In this document: positions 1 to 10,435 of the stretch, in pieces | Position numbering within the stretch: position 1 is the first letter of the stretch | How the letters are laid out: every line of letters begins with the position of its first letter | Position numbers and translations under genes: made by a program | Notes under the pieces: model-generated | Databases searched by the model: none | Told to the model about the DNA's origin: nothing | The model's input: the letters and a program-made list of their open reading frames with translations, nothing else | From: Azolla caroliniana | Taxonomy: Eukaryota > Plantae > Polypodiophyta | Reading direction: 5' to 3' | Length of the DNA: 15,469 nt | Assembly: GCA_043228905.1 (NCBI GenBank) | Contig: JBHGNT010000800.1 | Location: forward strand, 1 to 15,469

Positions 1-356
1 ATGCCATGACCATCTAGACCACAGCTTCGTCACCCTTGTCCTGAAAAATAAGGGCCATTATCACCCAGCACTGAAGGTGTTTCCCTTCCTTCCTTCAGAG
101 ATTTCTCCATCTTGGAGTGGCCCATGTTGGAGATTTCTTGAAGACAAGTTTCAATCTAACTGTCTAAGTTCAGAATCGTAAAGTTCTTAGATATCAAATT
201 CTTTAGTATGGGTAATGTTTAGTTGTATATATTTTGGTTTTTTGTTTTCAAATTGAGAAAACATTACAAAATGTAATCTCTTGTTTGGTCTCATACGTTA
301 TTTTGACCTCTTAAAAGATGCTAATATAGCATTCTGATTTCTGTCAATGATCACAG
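1..356 (+). mobile_element. LINE 3'-end copy A (RTE-like family), running off the window start
   Basis: Colinear similarity to 1375-1742: cacccttgtc...gccattatc...aggtg.ttccct...gaagacaa...atgtaatctctt.tttggtct.ata...cctcttaaaaga. Confidence 0.75.
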
Positions 357-627
357 CATATGTACATAGGGAAGCTACCTTGTTTTAGGTAGAATTTAGT
401 TTTATTTTGCGAGACTTCTATGAAATTACATGGATGTAATTTTTTATCTTGTAGGTTATTTTCTTTCACTTATATACTCTTTTACACTTAATTTATGATC
501 AAACTATTTTAATCTTATAGGCATATGTCTGTAGGCAAACATATGGATTGTGGCATGTACATACATTTTGGAATCAATAATGTCAAAGCATGCTATTGAA
601 ATTCAAAGGCTTCATATATATTTGCAG

Positions 628-916
628 GGAAATTTTGGAGCGTCTCTTGAGACTTGGATTTTTTTACCATGAGCTTGATCAATTTTCAATGCACTGTATG
701 AACCTTGGATGGATGCAGTCTCCATATGCATGCACCAAGAAGGATTCTTTGGACATGAAGGACCCAAAAACGGTTGTGAGTATTTATACTCGAGCCTTGG
801 CAAATGGTATAAATGAAGTCCTTTCAGTATACAGGTCTGCAGTTCTGAAAGTGGAACAGGACCTTCTTTCAGATATGACTCCGGTTCTGTCTAGTGTGAC
901 TCAACATCTTAACAAG
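628..916 (+). CDS. GCP4: GCP4 exon w1 (R/EILERLLRLGFF...TQHLNK)
   Basis: Acceptor tttgcag|G (phase 2) and donor AAG|gtgacg; lies within ORF 590..925. Confidence 0.9.
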
Positions 917-1374
917 GTGACGTAGAAAGGTCTTAACTTGATTTGAATGATTCTGTAAAATAATATCCTGCTCAATATCTCAAAACTTCTTTATGGCTAA
1001 AGAATGAAATCTTTATATTTATGCTTGTAGTGAAGAGATTCAAACATATGCATATGCCATTTTCAAAGCGTAAACTCAGATGCATAGTGTCCAATGTGTG
1101 TTACCAATCTTCGAGGTTCTAGTGTGGATCCACATGGATGCATTCTTCATGCTTATCCAGCAATTCAATTTCATTTTCAAAATAGCTCAAGTGATCTCAT
1201 ATGTAGCACACATAGAATGTAATAAACGTGTTCGTGCAAGCATTCAAACGTTTGAAAAGGGAAAAATGCGTGGTCCTTTTATTGTCTTCTCCTTTTTTCA
1301 TTATTGAAAATTACCTTACCCTAGTGGTAAGTTAATATTCTAATACTACCCATGTCCTGTGTTCGAAACCTAAT

Positions 1375-1742
1375 TTCGGCCCCATGGACCACGACCTCGG
1401 CACCCTTGTCATTGACAGATAAAAGCCATTATCTCCCGCCATCGTAGGTGCTTCCCTCGCTTCGGAGACATTTCCATTCTAGATCAACCTATGCTAGAGA
1501 TCTTTCGAAGACAAAAGCTACAATATACCTAACTTGAGGATCTCACATGTGCCAAAAACCAGATTCCCTCATTTCTTTTCTTTTCATGTTATTTACTGTG
1601 TAATATTTATTTTATTTTGATTTGTTCTCAAAGACGAGACAACGCTTAAGATGTAATCTCTTATTTGGTCTTATAGGCCAATTTGGCCTCTTAAAAGACG
1701 TTAATATATCTTTCTTTTCTTTCTCTCTCATTAGTGTCATAG
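1375..1742 (+). mobile_element. LINE 3'-end copy B
   Basis: Shares the core aagatgtaatctcttatttggtcttataggccaatttggcctcttaaaagacgttaat and a pyrimidine tail with the other four copies. It also shares aacttgag.atc.cacatgtgcc.aaaaccagatt with copy E. Confidence 0.8.
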
Positions 1743-2499
1743 TAAAATTTTATGCCAGTGTCATGTTTTCTTCATATTCTCGAATATACGTTTTATGAGT
1801 TTTTGAACTTTTGATTATAAATTATAAATTATAATGACATATTTTGATTCAATCTCTATAGTTCATACTCATTTTTTTGTAAAGTTCTAAAGTGAAGAAA
1901 TTGATACCTTCTCTAGTTGCGAGATGAGAACATTGATAATTGCTAGATGAGCTCATCATCAATACAATTATGTCTTTGAACTATTTTATTTTGATGTTCG
2001 TGCCTTCGAAAGTTTAGTAGTTGGGTAAATCCTAAGTTTTGAACTTTCAATTGTGTTGACATGTGATTCAATCAATATATAATATAGACCATAGTCATTT
2101 TTTAAAATTCAACTTATAAATCCAATCCAATTTTGAGATGATTTACTGTACACGTTTGATTGAATCATTCTCGAATGCGAATGCATATATGATACGTATG
2201 GTTCATTCTATGGTAGCACATATATACCTGTGTCAATTTTTCTTTCTATTTTGGAGGTCATTATAATAAATTACATGCCAAGGAATTATGCAATGAATTA
2301 TGATAGCATGTTTCTTGTTATGAAGTTACCCCACTGAGAAGAGTAGAGGAGGGAGAACCTTTGATTACCACCCTGCTATGGGTTAACTAAAAGCTTTGGA
2401 TGCCATACCAGTGTCTCCTAAAGGTCATACTTGTGCATGTGAGGTGGGTCACAAGCTTACTCACCCTTCAAGTTCTCTGGGCCAATATCCTCCTATGCA

Positions 2500-2700
2500 C
2501 ACTTTCCTATGGTACAAATCTTGGGGTTCCTTTTGGTATTCCTGACTAGCAGCTTATAAAATGTTGGAATTGGAACCACTGTTGCAGAAATGAGTATCTG
2601 AAAAGGATTGTCCAGGAGTCATATGATGATGTCAAGGCAATTGTTAGTAAGATTCAACAATAGTCTAACCTTGGTTGGTTTCGTTAATTTATTGGACAGT
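2500..2700 (+). pseudogene. Possible degenerate hAT (DUF659-type) transposase fragment
   Basis: GVPF followed by CRNEYLKRIVQESYDDVKAIVSKIQQ*SNLG loosely resembles the region before the GCSI..DGW motif of DUF659 transposases. Weak. Confidence 0.22.
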
Positions 2701-3261
2701 AGTTCTGCCTTGTAGGTGGCTCTGCAATCAGAAAAGCTCTGTTTTCAACGAATAAGGCAAAGATTTATGTTGAATCCTCCTCATTAGTAATGATCAAGTT
2801 CCAATAACTCATTCATGATAACATAATGAAAGACAAAGCAAAATTTGGGGATATCAGTTCTCATACCTGGAGAGTGATGGGGAAGAACCGTCTAATCACT
2901 CAACCACAGCCATTGATTCCCTCTTAGTGGCATAAGCTGATTGTTTCCTAAACATGGATGACACCTTTGATGATGTAACTTCTCTTGATGAATTCCTTTC
3001 TTTGATCTCCCACATGTGGACTACTATATTGCTTATCTTGGCACAATAGTTCTTTTTGGAATCTGTCTCTTGACTTGCTTCCCTATTTGTGATAGGTCTT
3101 GTATATTCAAGATGCTTCTAATAGATTAGCTTGTACTTATGGATTGTATAATTTGACTGAAAGTTAATAAAACTAGGTAATACTCTATTGGAAATGGAAA
3201 ATTGGAAGAGTCAGTTTTCACGTGCCACAATTCTTATTCACTTTACTGCCATGTTTTTCAG

Positions 3262-3398
3262 TTTGAGATATTACTTCCCCCATTGCATGCTCTTGTTCAA
3301 GAAGTCAAAAGTAAAAACCTGCGGGGTGGACGTCTTCTTGATCTTTTACACACTAAATGTCATTGTGGACTCCCTGAGTTGCAGATGTGCATGCAAAG
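3262..3398 (+). CDS. GCP4: GCP4 exon w2 (FEILLPPLH...QMCMQR)
   Basis: Acceptor ttttcag|TTT and donor AG|gtacat; lies within ORF 3202..3420. Confidence 0.92.
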
Positions 3399-4204
3399 GT
3401 ACATGGTTAAACTAAATTAGCAGTGCTTATGTATTATCCTTTCAACTTGTGGAATCTATTTATTCTCATATAAGGATCCTGTCTTTATGGAAAAGTAGAA
3501 GAATGAATGGATGCATATATTGGAATTCATAATATACTTGACGATGCAAATGTGCCGAAATCAATAGGATACAGTCCTAGTTCTTGTGAGAGAAATGTTG
3601 TTCCAATTTTATGAATTCAATGATACTACACATGTGAAATATGTAGCTTGAAGGTGAAACACATTACTTCATTCAAATCCTACCACCGATGCTTCTTTCA
3701 GATTAGTCATTTTAATGTTGTATGGACAGTTTCTGATTTTCTAACTTGTCCTTCATTTTTCTGGAGAATTTTATGCTTTCTAACTATGTTCATAAAGTCA
3801 AACATCCTGTTTAACTGTACAAAGACATTAGCCATCCTACTGCCCTTAGTTATAATGATGTGCATTGATAACCGTGTGTTTGTCAGCAATAATTTAGATT
3901 AATTTTCATGAAATTACAGTAATAAATATATGTCAACCAGTGGCACAGTTCTTTTTATGCATGTAAGGCATGCCTACGTACAATATTGATACAATTTTGT
4001 GCAAGTTTGGGTGGCTAGCCCACATGTAATTGCCATTCCCAACCTGTGTACATTACACTATGTCAGTAGTACTGATTAACACATTGATACATGCATGTAT
4101 TTTTCAAAAAATCTGTAGTTGTTGCTATTCCAATGTTCATTACTGGAACAAGTTTTTTCTGACTGATGGAGTAATGACATAAATTAAATTTTGTGAATGA
4201 ACAG

Positions 4205-4303
4205 ACTGCTTTGGCATGGGCATCAGGTAATGTACAGACAGCTTGCAGTTTGGATGGTGTATGGTTTACTACAGGATCAACATGGGGAATTCTTTATCAG
4301 TAG
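4205..4303 (+). CDS. GCP4: GCP4 exon w3 (LLWHGHQVMYRQLAVWMVYGLLQDQHGEFFISR)
   Basis: Acceptor aacag|A and donor AG|gtataa. Not in the ORF track; translated by hand. Confidence 0.9.
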   Translation, partial: TALAWASGNVQTACSLDGVWFTTGSTWGILYQ

Positions 4304-4489
4304 GTATAAACATCTTCATTCTGCTTCTCATGTCCAATTTACATGAGTCTCTTTCAATCTGTTTTATGGTGGCAATGGAGTTCTGTATAAAAATGAACAA
4401 TTGTCAAACACGTTTTTTATTCATGATCCATTTTTTATCCGATAGATTTTGAATGTAGATAATATGAATATAATGCACGTTAACTTCAG

Positions 4490-4607
4490 ATTTTCAGATG
4501 GAAACAAATGTTCAGGACGCGAATATTCTAAAGAAAAGATTGAAGATATGAATGGCAAAGCTGATGCTGACCTTGCTGATTGGCACTCTGCTTTCCATAT
4601 TTTAGAG
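4490..4607 (+). CDS. GCP4: GCP4 exon w4 (FSDGNK...DWHSAFHILE)
   Basis: Acceptor cttcag|A matches the preceding phase-2 donor; donor GAG|gtcaga; conserved DWH..FHI motif. Confidence 0.85.
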
Positions 4608-5376
4608 GTCAGAGACCTCGTAGGCTTATCCAGAGGTCATTCTGTGGAATTTTTATTGTCACATGCAAACTGTCACAACATGCATTAGTTTTAAACAACA
4701 AAGATTCCTATGTGATTAATACATGTAAGTTTTCTTAATGATTCATGTTGAACAAATGTAGCGTGAAAACCTCTATGCACAAGTTCCTATGTGAAATAGA
4801 CAAGCCAAAATAGAATTCATGATATTTACATCCCCAAAAATAACTTAATTTAGAAGAAAAAAAGTTTGATCCACAACACATACAGGACTGAAAGTTGGAT
4901 ATGGTGCCAAAAATTTCTTATCTATTTAGATATTCTATTTGTAGAAAAGTTACTTTGCGTTCATCTATATCTAGAATAATGCATTGTTTGTTAGAAAAGC
5001 CTTCCATTTCATTGGCTGCCAAAATCTATGTAAAGCATTGTATTATTCCTTGATTTAACAGAGAACTTAACATAGGGTAATTTAGTGGTCTTTCATTGAC
5101 CTTCTATATTTACCACTGAACCCATTTGCTTTAGCAGCATGGTCCCATGCTGTGCTCTACGATTTGTCTCCTGCAATATTCTCTTTGGCCACTGTAATAA
5201 TTTTTACTACCACAAATAATTTGTTTCTGAGGTACAACTACAATCTACTACTGTGCAGCTCACAAACATCTATTGTGAAATCATGATCATAAGCTTTTAT
5301 GATCCATCCTGCTCCACAACCATTTGATTCTGTTATGCTCCACAATGATTTGAGTTTTCTCAACGATGAGGTAGTA

Positions 5377-5473
5377 TTTTAAGACGTAATTTCTTGTTCA
5401 GTCTCATAGGCCAATTTGGTCTCTTAAGAGATGTTAAAAAATCTTCCTTTCTTTCCTTCTGCTAGTGCCGCAG
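5377..5473 (+). mobile_element. LINE 3'-end copy C, strongly 5'-truncated
   Basis: ttaagacgtaatttcttgttcagtctcataggccaatttggtctcttaagagatgttaa followed by a TTTC-rich tail; same 3' end as copies B and E. Confidence 0.75.
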
Positions 5474-6070
5474 TTCTCTTCATCTGCCACTCTACAGTAA
5501 CTTCTCCTGGAATTCTTATGACCCTCATCCACAAACAATGTGATCTTCTATAATCAATGATCTTCTAAAATCCTCTCCCTACCAATAATTCTATCTTGGC
5601 TAGAGCCACATGAGTCCAACACAATCTGTGCATGTTTCAGTCGTGCATGTCAAATGTAGTTCTTTTTTAAATTTTCCTTTTTCAACCTTAATCAAAAGCC
5701 TATAGTGGCATTTGCATAAAGCATAGTACTTTTGATCTGTTATGTTTGACCAGTTGTCGTTTCAATATCTGCCTGTCAAATCTCTTTCTGGTGCTGTCTT
5801 TGCATCTGCAATTCTTATAATTAATCTCATAGAAGCATTTGAAATATGGAGTGCATGTGTTTTTGCGACCTGATTATTTTCATGGCTTGATTAAGTGGGG
5901 ATATGAAACAACATCAACAATTCTGTAGAAAACTTCTTTAATTGTTATAAAATGATAAAACTATTCATCATGGAAGCATGTAGATTGTGGATACATGGAA
6001 TAGGAAACTCAATATGGACAATTGCCAATTACAGGCTAATAATCACTATTTTTCTTTCTTTTGGTTCTAG

Positions 6071-6346
6071 GATATGCTGCCACAATACATTCCATTGCAT
6101 GTTGCAGAATCTATACTATTTGTGGGGAAGGCTATACGAATATTGCGGAATCCAAGCAAATCTTTCAAAAGCCATCTGAGAAGCCATGATCAGCAGTATA
6201 TGAAGCAGGAAACAATGTCTCAGGAGATGTTAGTTCCAGATTCTGAGTTGAAAGAGTCTTTTTCCGAATTGTTAGACCACCAAGGGTCAGAACTACTCCC
6301 ACAATCTGAGATAGAAAAAATTGCTTCCCTAATCGAGACTCTTAAG
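6071..6346 (+). CDS. GCP4: GCP4 exon w5 (DMLPQYIPLHVAESILFVGKAIRILRNP...IETLK)
   Basis: Acceptor ttctag|GAT and donor AAG|gtactg; same frame as ORF 6074..6661. Confidence 0.92.
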
Positions 6347-7202
6347 GTACTGCTTTCATTTATTATTTTAGTGAGAGGCAATCTATATACTTTTAGATTT
6401 TATTTTTCAGCTTGCCAGTTTTCTTTTATACAGTTTCTTATAAACATATCGAAAACTTTATTCCAGAAGAGACGAGTAGCTATCTTGGTTGATTTAAAGT
6501 GTCCCTTCTCAATATTTTGTGCAATACATGATGCCCTGGATTTGGGCTATTGTATTTTAAAGCTGTACTGTTTCTGTTCATTGATAGCCCTATGCTTTTT
6601 CCATGCTGTTGCTGCATGGAAAGTAGAAAATCTACATGGAATTCACTGTATTAATGTGTAGCTATGGATAATGCAATGTGTCAATCCTAATGTTAATCAA
6701 GAGAGAGCTTCCTGCAAGTGTCTTGAAATATTTCTAGTGTCGTAAATGGATCTTGAGTTTTGATTTTGAAATTTCATAAATTTTATGGTGAAAGTGGATA
6801 TGGAAGAGTTGTCAACTGTCAACTTCTTCCCAGTTCTTGGACACAGCAAGCTTGATTTGAATGTGTTCATGTGCTGATGATTAAAAGAGATAGAAAAGCT
6901 ATGACAGAACATGTTACATAGGAAGCATCATACATGCCTCTATACCCAGATATCATTAGCTACTCATTGGTAGCTAGACCTGAAGGAATCTTTCATATCG
7001 TTGTTATCGAACGTGCTCAATTTCACTTGGCACCTAACAGTACTTTACACTATGCATCTAGATATACTTGACTGCTGACATCAGGAATTTGCCTTGACAT
7101 TAATATAATTATGCAATCTTGTAATATGGTCCTTTGAGTTTGAAGCATAACTATTAAGGAGTACGTGTCTTTCTTGAATTTTAATACTCATATTTCTTTC
7201 AG

Positions 7203-7283
7203 GAAATGCCAGACTTTCACAGAAGGTCATTTGAGGGCATGATAAATTCAATCCGTACAATTGCAGCAACACATCTTTGGAAG
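7203..7283 (+). CDS. GCP4: GCP4 exon w6 (EMPDFHRRSFEGMINSIRTIAATHLWK)
   Basis: Acceptor tctttcag|GAA and donor AAG|gttcct; translated by hand. Confidence 0.9.
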
Positions 7284-7369
7284 GTTCCTATCAAAACTTG
7301 TCTGAATATTTCATCCGGCTGCAAACAACTGTTTTTGACCTATCTTAACACAACAATTATTTTGTATAG

Positions 7370-7453
7370 CTGGTAGTGGTGCATGCAGATTTGATTGGTC
7401 ATTTGAAAGCATTGAAAGACTATTTCCTCCTGGCAAAAGGGGACTTCTTCCAG
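7370..7453 (+). CDS. GCP4: GCP4 exon w7 (LVVVHADLIGHLKALKDYFLLAKGDFFQ), GC donor
   Basis: Acceptor tgtatag|CTG and donor CAG|gcaagc. Read-through hits TGA after two codons. Confidence 0.9.
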
Positions 7454-7789
7454 GCAAGCTGACAATCAAGTTTCTTTCTCCAATATTTTTATGAAGGCCA
7501 TCCTTATTTCACTTGGCTGTAACGTCTTGTCATTCCTTTGTAAACAAAGATCTTCTATTTACTGCGGGCTTTAGCTTGCAACAAAGATGCAAATTTTCAC
7601 ATACATGTGGGCACAACTCACTAATCTCTAAATTGATTTGATGACAGCGGTGCTTTTTGTCATTGATATCAAAAGATGCTTGCATTCATCTTAGTTCATT
7701 TGGAATTTCTTGTGTTTACACCACTGCATACTATTTTACCATGGTGAAGACAATGCTCTTTTATAATTACATGGCTGATGGCATGTAAA

Positions 7790-8080
7790 GCTTTGGCTTG
7801 ATATATTTCCATCCACTACATGTCGTTTGATATCACTTGTGAAGTCGACTTGAAAATTTGAACAAGAAGTTGGCCATTTCCATGTGCTTGGTAGAGAAGC
7901 TATATGTTGTAAATTCCTGGCACAGTAATGAAGAGTATGATATGGAGTTGAATGTCAACTATGTCAAGCACCAAGTATCTAGGTCAAAACCTTTTTTTTA
8001 CCACAATACTGTGGATTGAAAGAAGTTCAATGCCACTATATGTAATTCAATATAGGAAAATAGGAGCCGTTTGTCAAGAA
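7790..8080 (+). pseudogene. Possible highly degenerate hAT transposase C-terminal fragment
   Basis: Hand translation gives FHPLHVV*YHL (~7807) and IERSS...IQ./ENRSRL (8015-8073, one frameshift). These resemble the hAT motifs HPLHAAGYYLNP and ERNWS...IH.K.RNRL. Weak. Confidence 0.3.
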
Positions 8081-8314
8081 TATTCCCAAACAGTTAGATC
8101 AAACATTTACAAATTTTGATCAGTTCGAAAGTTTCTTTCGATTAGGAGGTCCTTTTTGAAAGATAGGTATTGATCTGGAAAATAGGTTTACCTTGCCTGA
8201 CAAGAAAACTCTATACACATGTCAGGTGAAAATAATAGGAAGTTGAGCACACAAGGGTTAATGTAAAATCAACGGGGTTTATTTTATTTTCTAAGAAATA
8301 TTTTCTTGATGTAG

Positions 8315-8401
8315 TGTTTTTTGGAAGAGAGTCGACCTCTGATGCGCCTACCGCCTCGTCCCGCCACTGCTGAAGCTGACTTGAAGGTTCCTTTTCAGCA
8401 G
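8315..8401 (+). CDS. GCP4: GCP4 exon w8 (CFLEESRPLMRLPPRPATAEADLKVPFQQ)
   Basis: Acceptor atgtag|TGT and donor CAG|gtatta. Confidence 0.9.
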
Positions 8402-8499
8402 GTATTACAGAATTAGAACTCTGCAGATATTGTAATTAAAAACATTGGATTTGAAATTTGTTTGGTTCTTGAACTGACCTAAGTACTTTACTCATCCAG

Positions 8500-8555
8500 G
8501 CTGCAGTCAAGACCCTTGGTGACGAGGACAAATATTTTTCTCGAGTTTCTATTCG
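8500..8555 (+). CDS. GCP4: GCP4 exon w9 (AAVKTLGDEDKYFSRVSIR)
   Basis: Acceptor atccag|GCT and donor CG|gtgtgc (phase 2). Confidence 0.88.
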
Positions 8556-8668
8556 GTGTGCATGATTATGTTGAAGTTGTAGGATTCCAATCAGTTAAAT
8601 CTATGGTATACCATATAAACATAACAGACATCTTCTTGATTGCGATGAATTTTTTTCTTTCACTTCAG

Positions 8669-8866
8669 GATGGCGGCACCAATGACTGGATCTTTACAAG
8701 GGGAGGTTCTCAGGATAAGACCTGGTATGACAGAGGGTAGTACGGGTATCTCTAATACCTATGGAGATGTTGCAAACAAGACAATTGATGGTTGGGATTC
8801 CATTGCATTGGAGTATAGTATCGATTGGCCTCTGCAACTGCTCTTTACAAAGGAGACCTTATCAAA
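8669..8866 (+). CDS. GCP4: GCP4 exon w10 (MAAPM...DGWDSIALEYSIDWPLQLLFTKETLSK)
   Basis: Acceptor cttcag|G and donor AA|gtaagt; ORF 8670..8870. Confidence 0.92.
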
Positions 8867-8949
8867 GTAAGTAATGAACTGGTCCATACATCTGAATAAG
8901 ATACGTATTCTTGATGAATCTTTTTAAAGGCACATGCACATTGAACTTT

Positions 8950-9965
8950 CTTTGCTGGAGAAAGAAGTAGAAGAAACAAAGATATGCCAATGTCTTTTAA
9001 AAGGCCAAAATGGCCTGTAAGACCAAGCAAGAGATTATTTCTTCAAATGTTTTGTCACATTTGAGAATAAACCAAAAATAAATGTAACTAAATAAAAATA
9101 GAAGGGACTAGAGGATCCCATTGTGTTGATGTATTTCCATATAAGAGGGCCCAATGATAAATCCATCTTCCAGATGTGTGTAAAAAGTGTGCCTCATAGT
9201 GGGCCATCTTCTTAGCAAGAGATGTGGGCTTGATCCATGTCCTTCTGTTATCGAATCCGATGATATCAGTTCAGATCACTCTGTCCTTTTCCTCTTTGGT
9301 CATGTTTAGATGGGGATAATCCAAGCTATAATTGAACGGGGGACATTTATGCTTATGCCTAGTGACTCGAGACATTGTTGTGTTTAGCATTCCAACAATG
9401 ATTATCTCCGTGTTGAGTAAGTTGTTTTGATGACATATGTGTCAACCTTGAGTATCTTCATTTAGGGAGCTCTCAGAGCCATAGGGTACCAATCATTGAT
9501 TAGAATAATGTCTTGATGATATTGGGTTTGCTCCCATCTCTGCCCAATTTACATCATGGGGCATTGACGCATGCTCTTTATCATGTGGGCAATCAGTACT
9601 TAAAGGTCTCTTCAAAACATCCAGTTAATTTCCTTGTTAAGACTCGGTCTCCAGGTTTCCACTTTGTAGAGAAGATTCAGTGCAACAATTGTATCAAATA
9701 GCCGTAATTCTATTCGTTTCTTTTGGAATCGTATATGTGCACATTGTCTTTCAAGAATACCAAGGGCTGCATATCCCCGAGAAACTTGAGCACAGGCAGT
9801 CTCCCGTAAGGAGAACCAAGGCCCTATGAATGCTACTCCTAGATATGTGCAGGATCGTGTATGCATCTTTTCATCTCTCAAGAAGAATTCTGGTTTTGAT
9901 CTTATTACCCATTCTCGTGCGGTGTTAAACACCTTCATTTTAATTTTATCAAAGTTGACCTTCCC
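8950..9965 (-). mobile_element. Degenerate 5'-truncated RTE-like LINE: ORF2/RT C-terminal region plus 3' UTR (copy D, ~8950-9110)
   Basis: The minus strand reads KVNFDKIKMKVFNT...CTYLGV...RGYAAL...LFDTIV..NLLYKVETW (ORF 9612..9938), showing the non-LTR RT YLG motif and an RTE-type LLYG.ETW-like motif. It continues with stops and frameshifts (PHDVNWAEMGA...ELPK*RYSRL...FIIGPSYM) to ~9120, then joins the reverse complement of the dispersed repeat. Confidence 0.8.
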
Positions 9966-10102
9966 AAATTGAGCCTAACCAAATTGTAACTGATCTCCAT
10001 TTGTGTTCCAACATGTCAAAGGATCTTATCTGGGCAATTGTGACAAACCATTATATATCAAAAATCCATGTGCACTTCCCAAGACTTGAAAGTGTATGCC
10101 AT

Positions 10103-10435
10103 TGTTGAGAGACAAGCTCAACATGAACCGGATCGGCTAAAGGTTGGTAGGCCGGATCAGTTGAAGAAGCCGACAATCGAGTCGGCTGAGGAAGATCGGC
10201 TGAAGAAGCCGACAACCAGATCGGCTTGGAGCTGACAGGCCATTAGGGGCCTACATTCCTATTTTAGTAAATAAGAATACTATAGACATCTAGTGTCAGA
10301 GCTCACGTGTGAGCATTCAAGTACTTGTCAGTACTTGAGTCAGCCTATGTCAAAGGATTGTGTATAAAGTGCTTTATGAGCACATTGTTTTGTACTGAGT
10401 CATTCTTCGAAATAGAGTTTTCTTATTGGCTTCTC
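10103..10435 (+). repeat. Putative copia 5' LTR (3' boundary uncertain)
   Basis: Starts TGTTGAG, contains internal repeats of GATCGGCTGAAGAAGCCGAC, has a TATA-like tgtataaag at ~10361, and directly precedes gag. There is no second LTR to confirm it. Confidence 0.5.

Noticed and set aside
1080-3902. Short ORFs 1080..1307, 3188..3415, 3648..3902 and 3707..3889 as genes
   Set aside because: They are AT-rich intronic or alternate-frame ORFs with no recognisable motifs, as expected by chance.
5310-5360. 26-bp tandem duplication (tgctccacaa..atttga.t) and the ATTATAA x3 run near 1814-1835
   Set aside because: Small slippage duplications with no evidence of function.
5461-5473. Helitron 3' end (hairpin plus CTAG) as the identity of the dispersed repeat
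   Set aside because: The hairpin lies ~40-50 nt upstream rather than ~12 nt, CTAG is not present in all copies, and the linkage to an RT remnant favours a LINE.
6347-6661. Hydrophobic extension of ORF 6074..6661 as a membrane domain
   Set aside because: It is read-through past the AAG|gt donor into T-rich intron; GCP4 similarity resumes at 7203.
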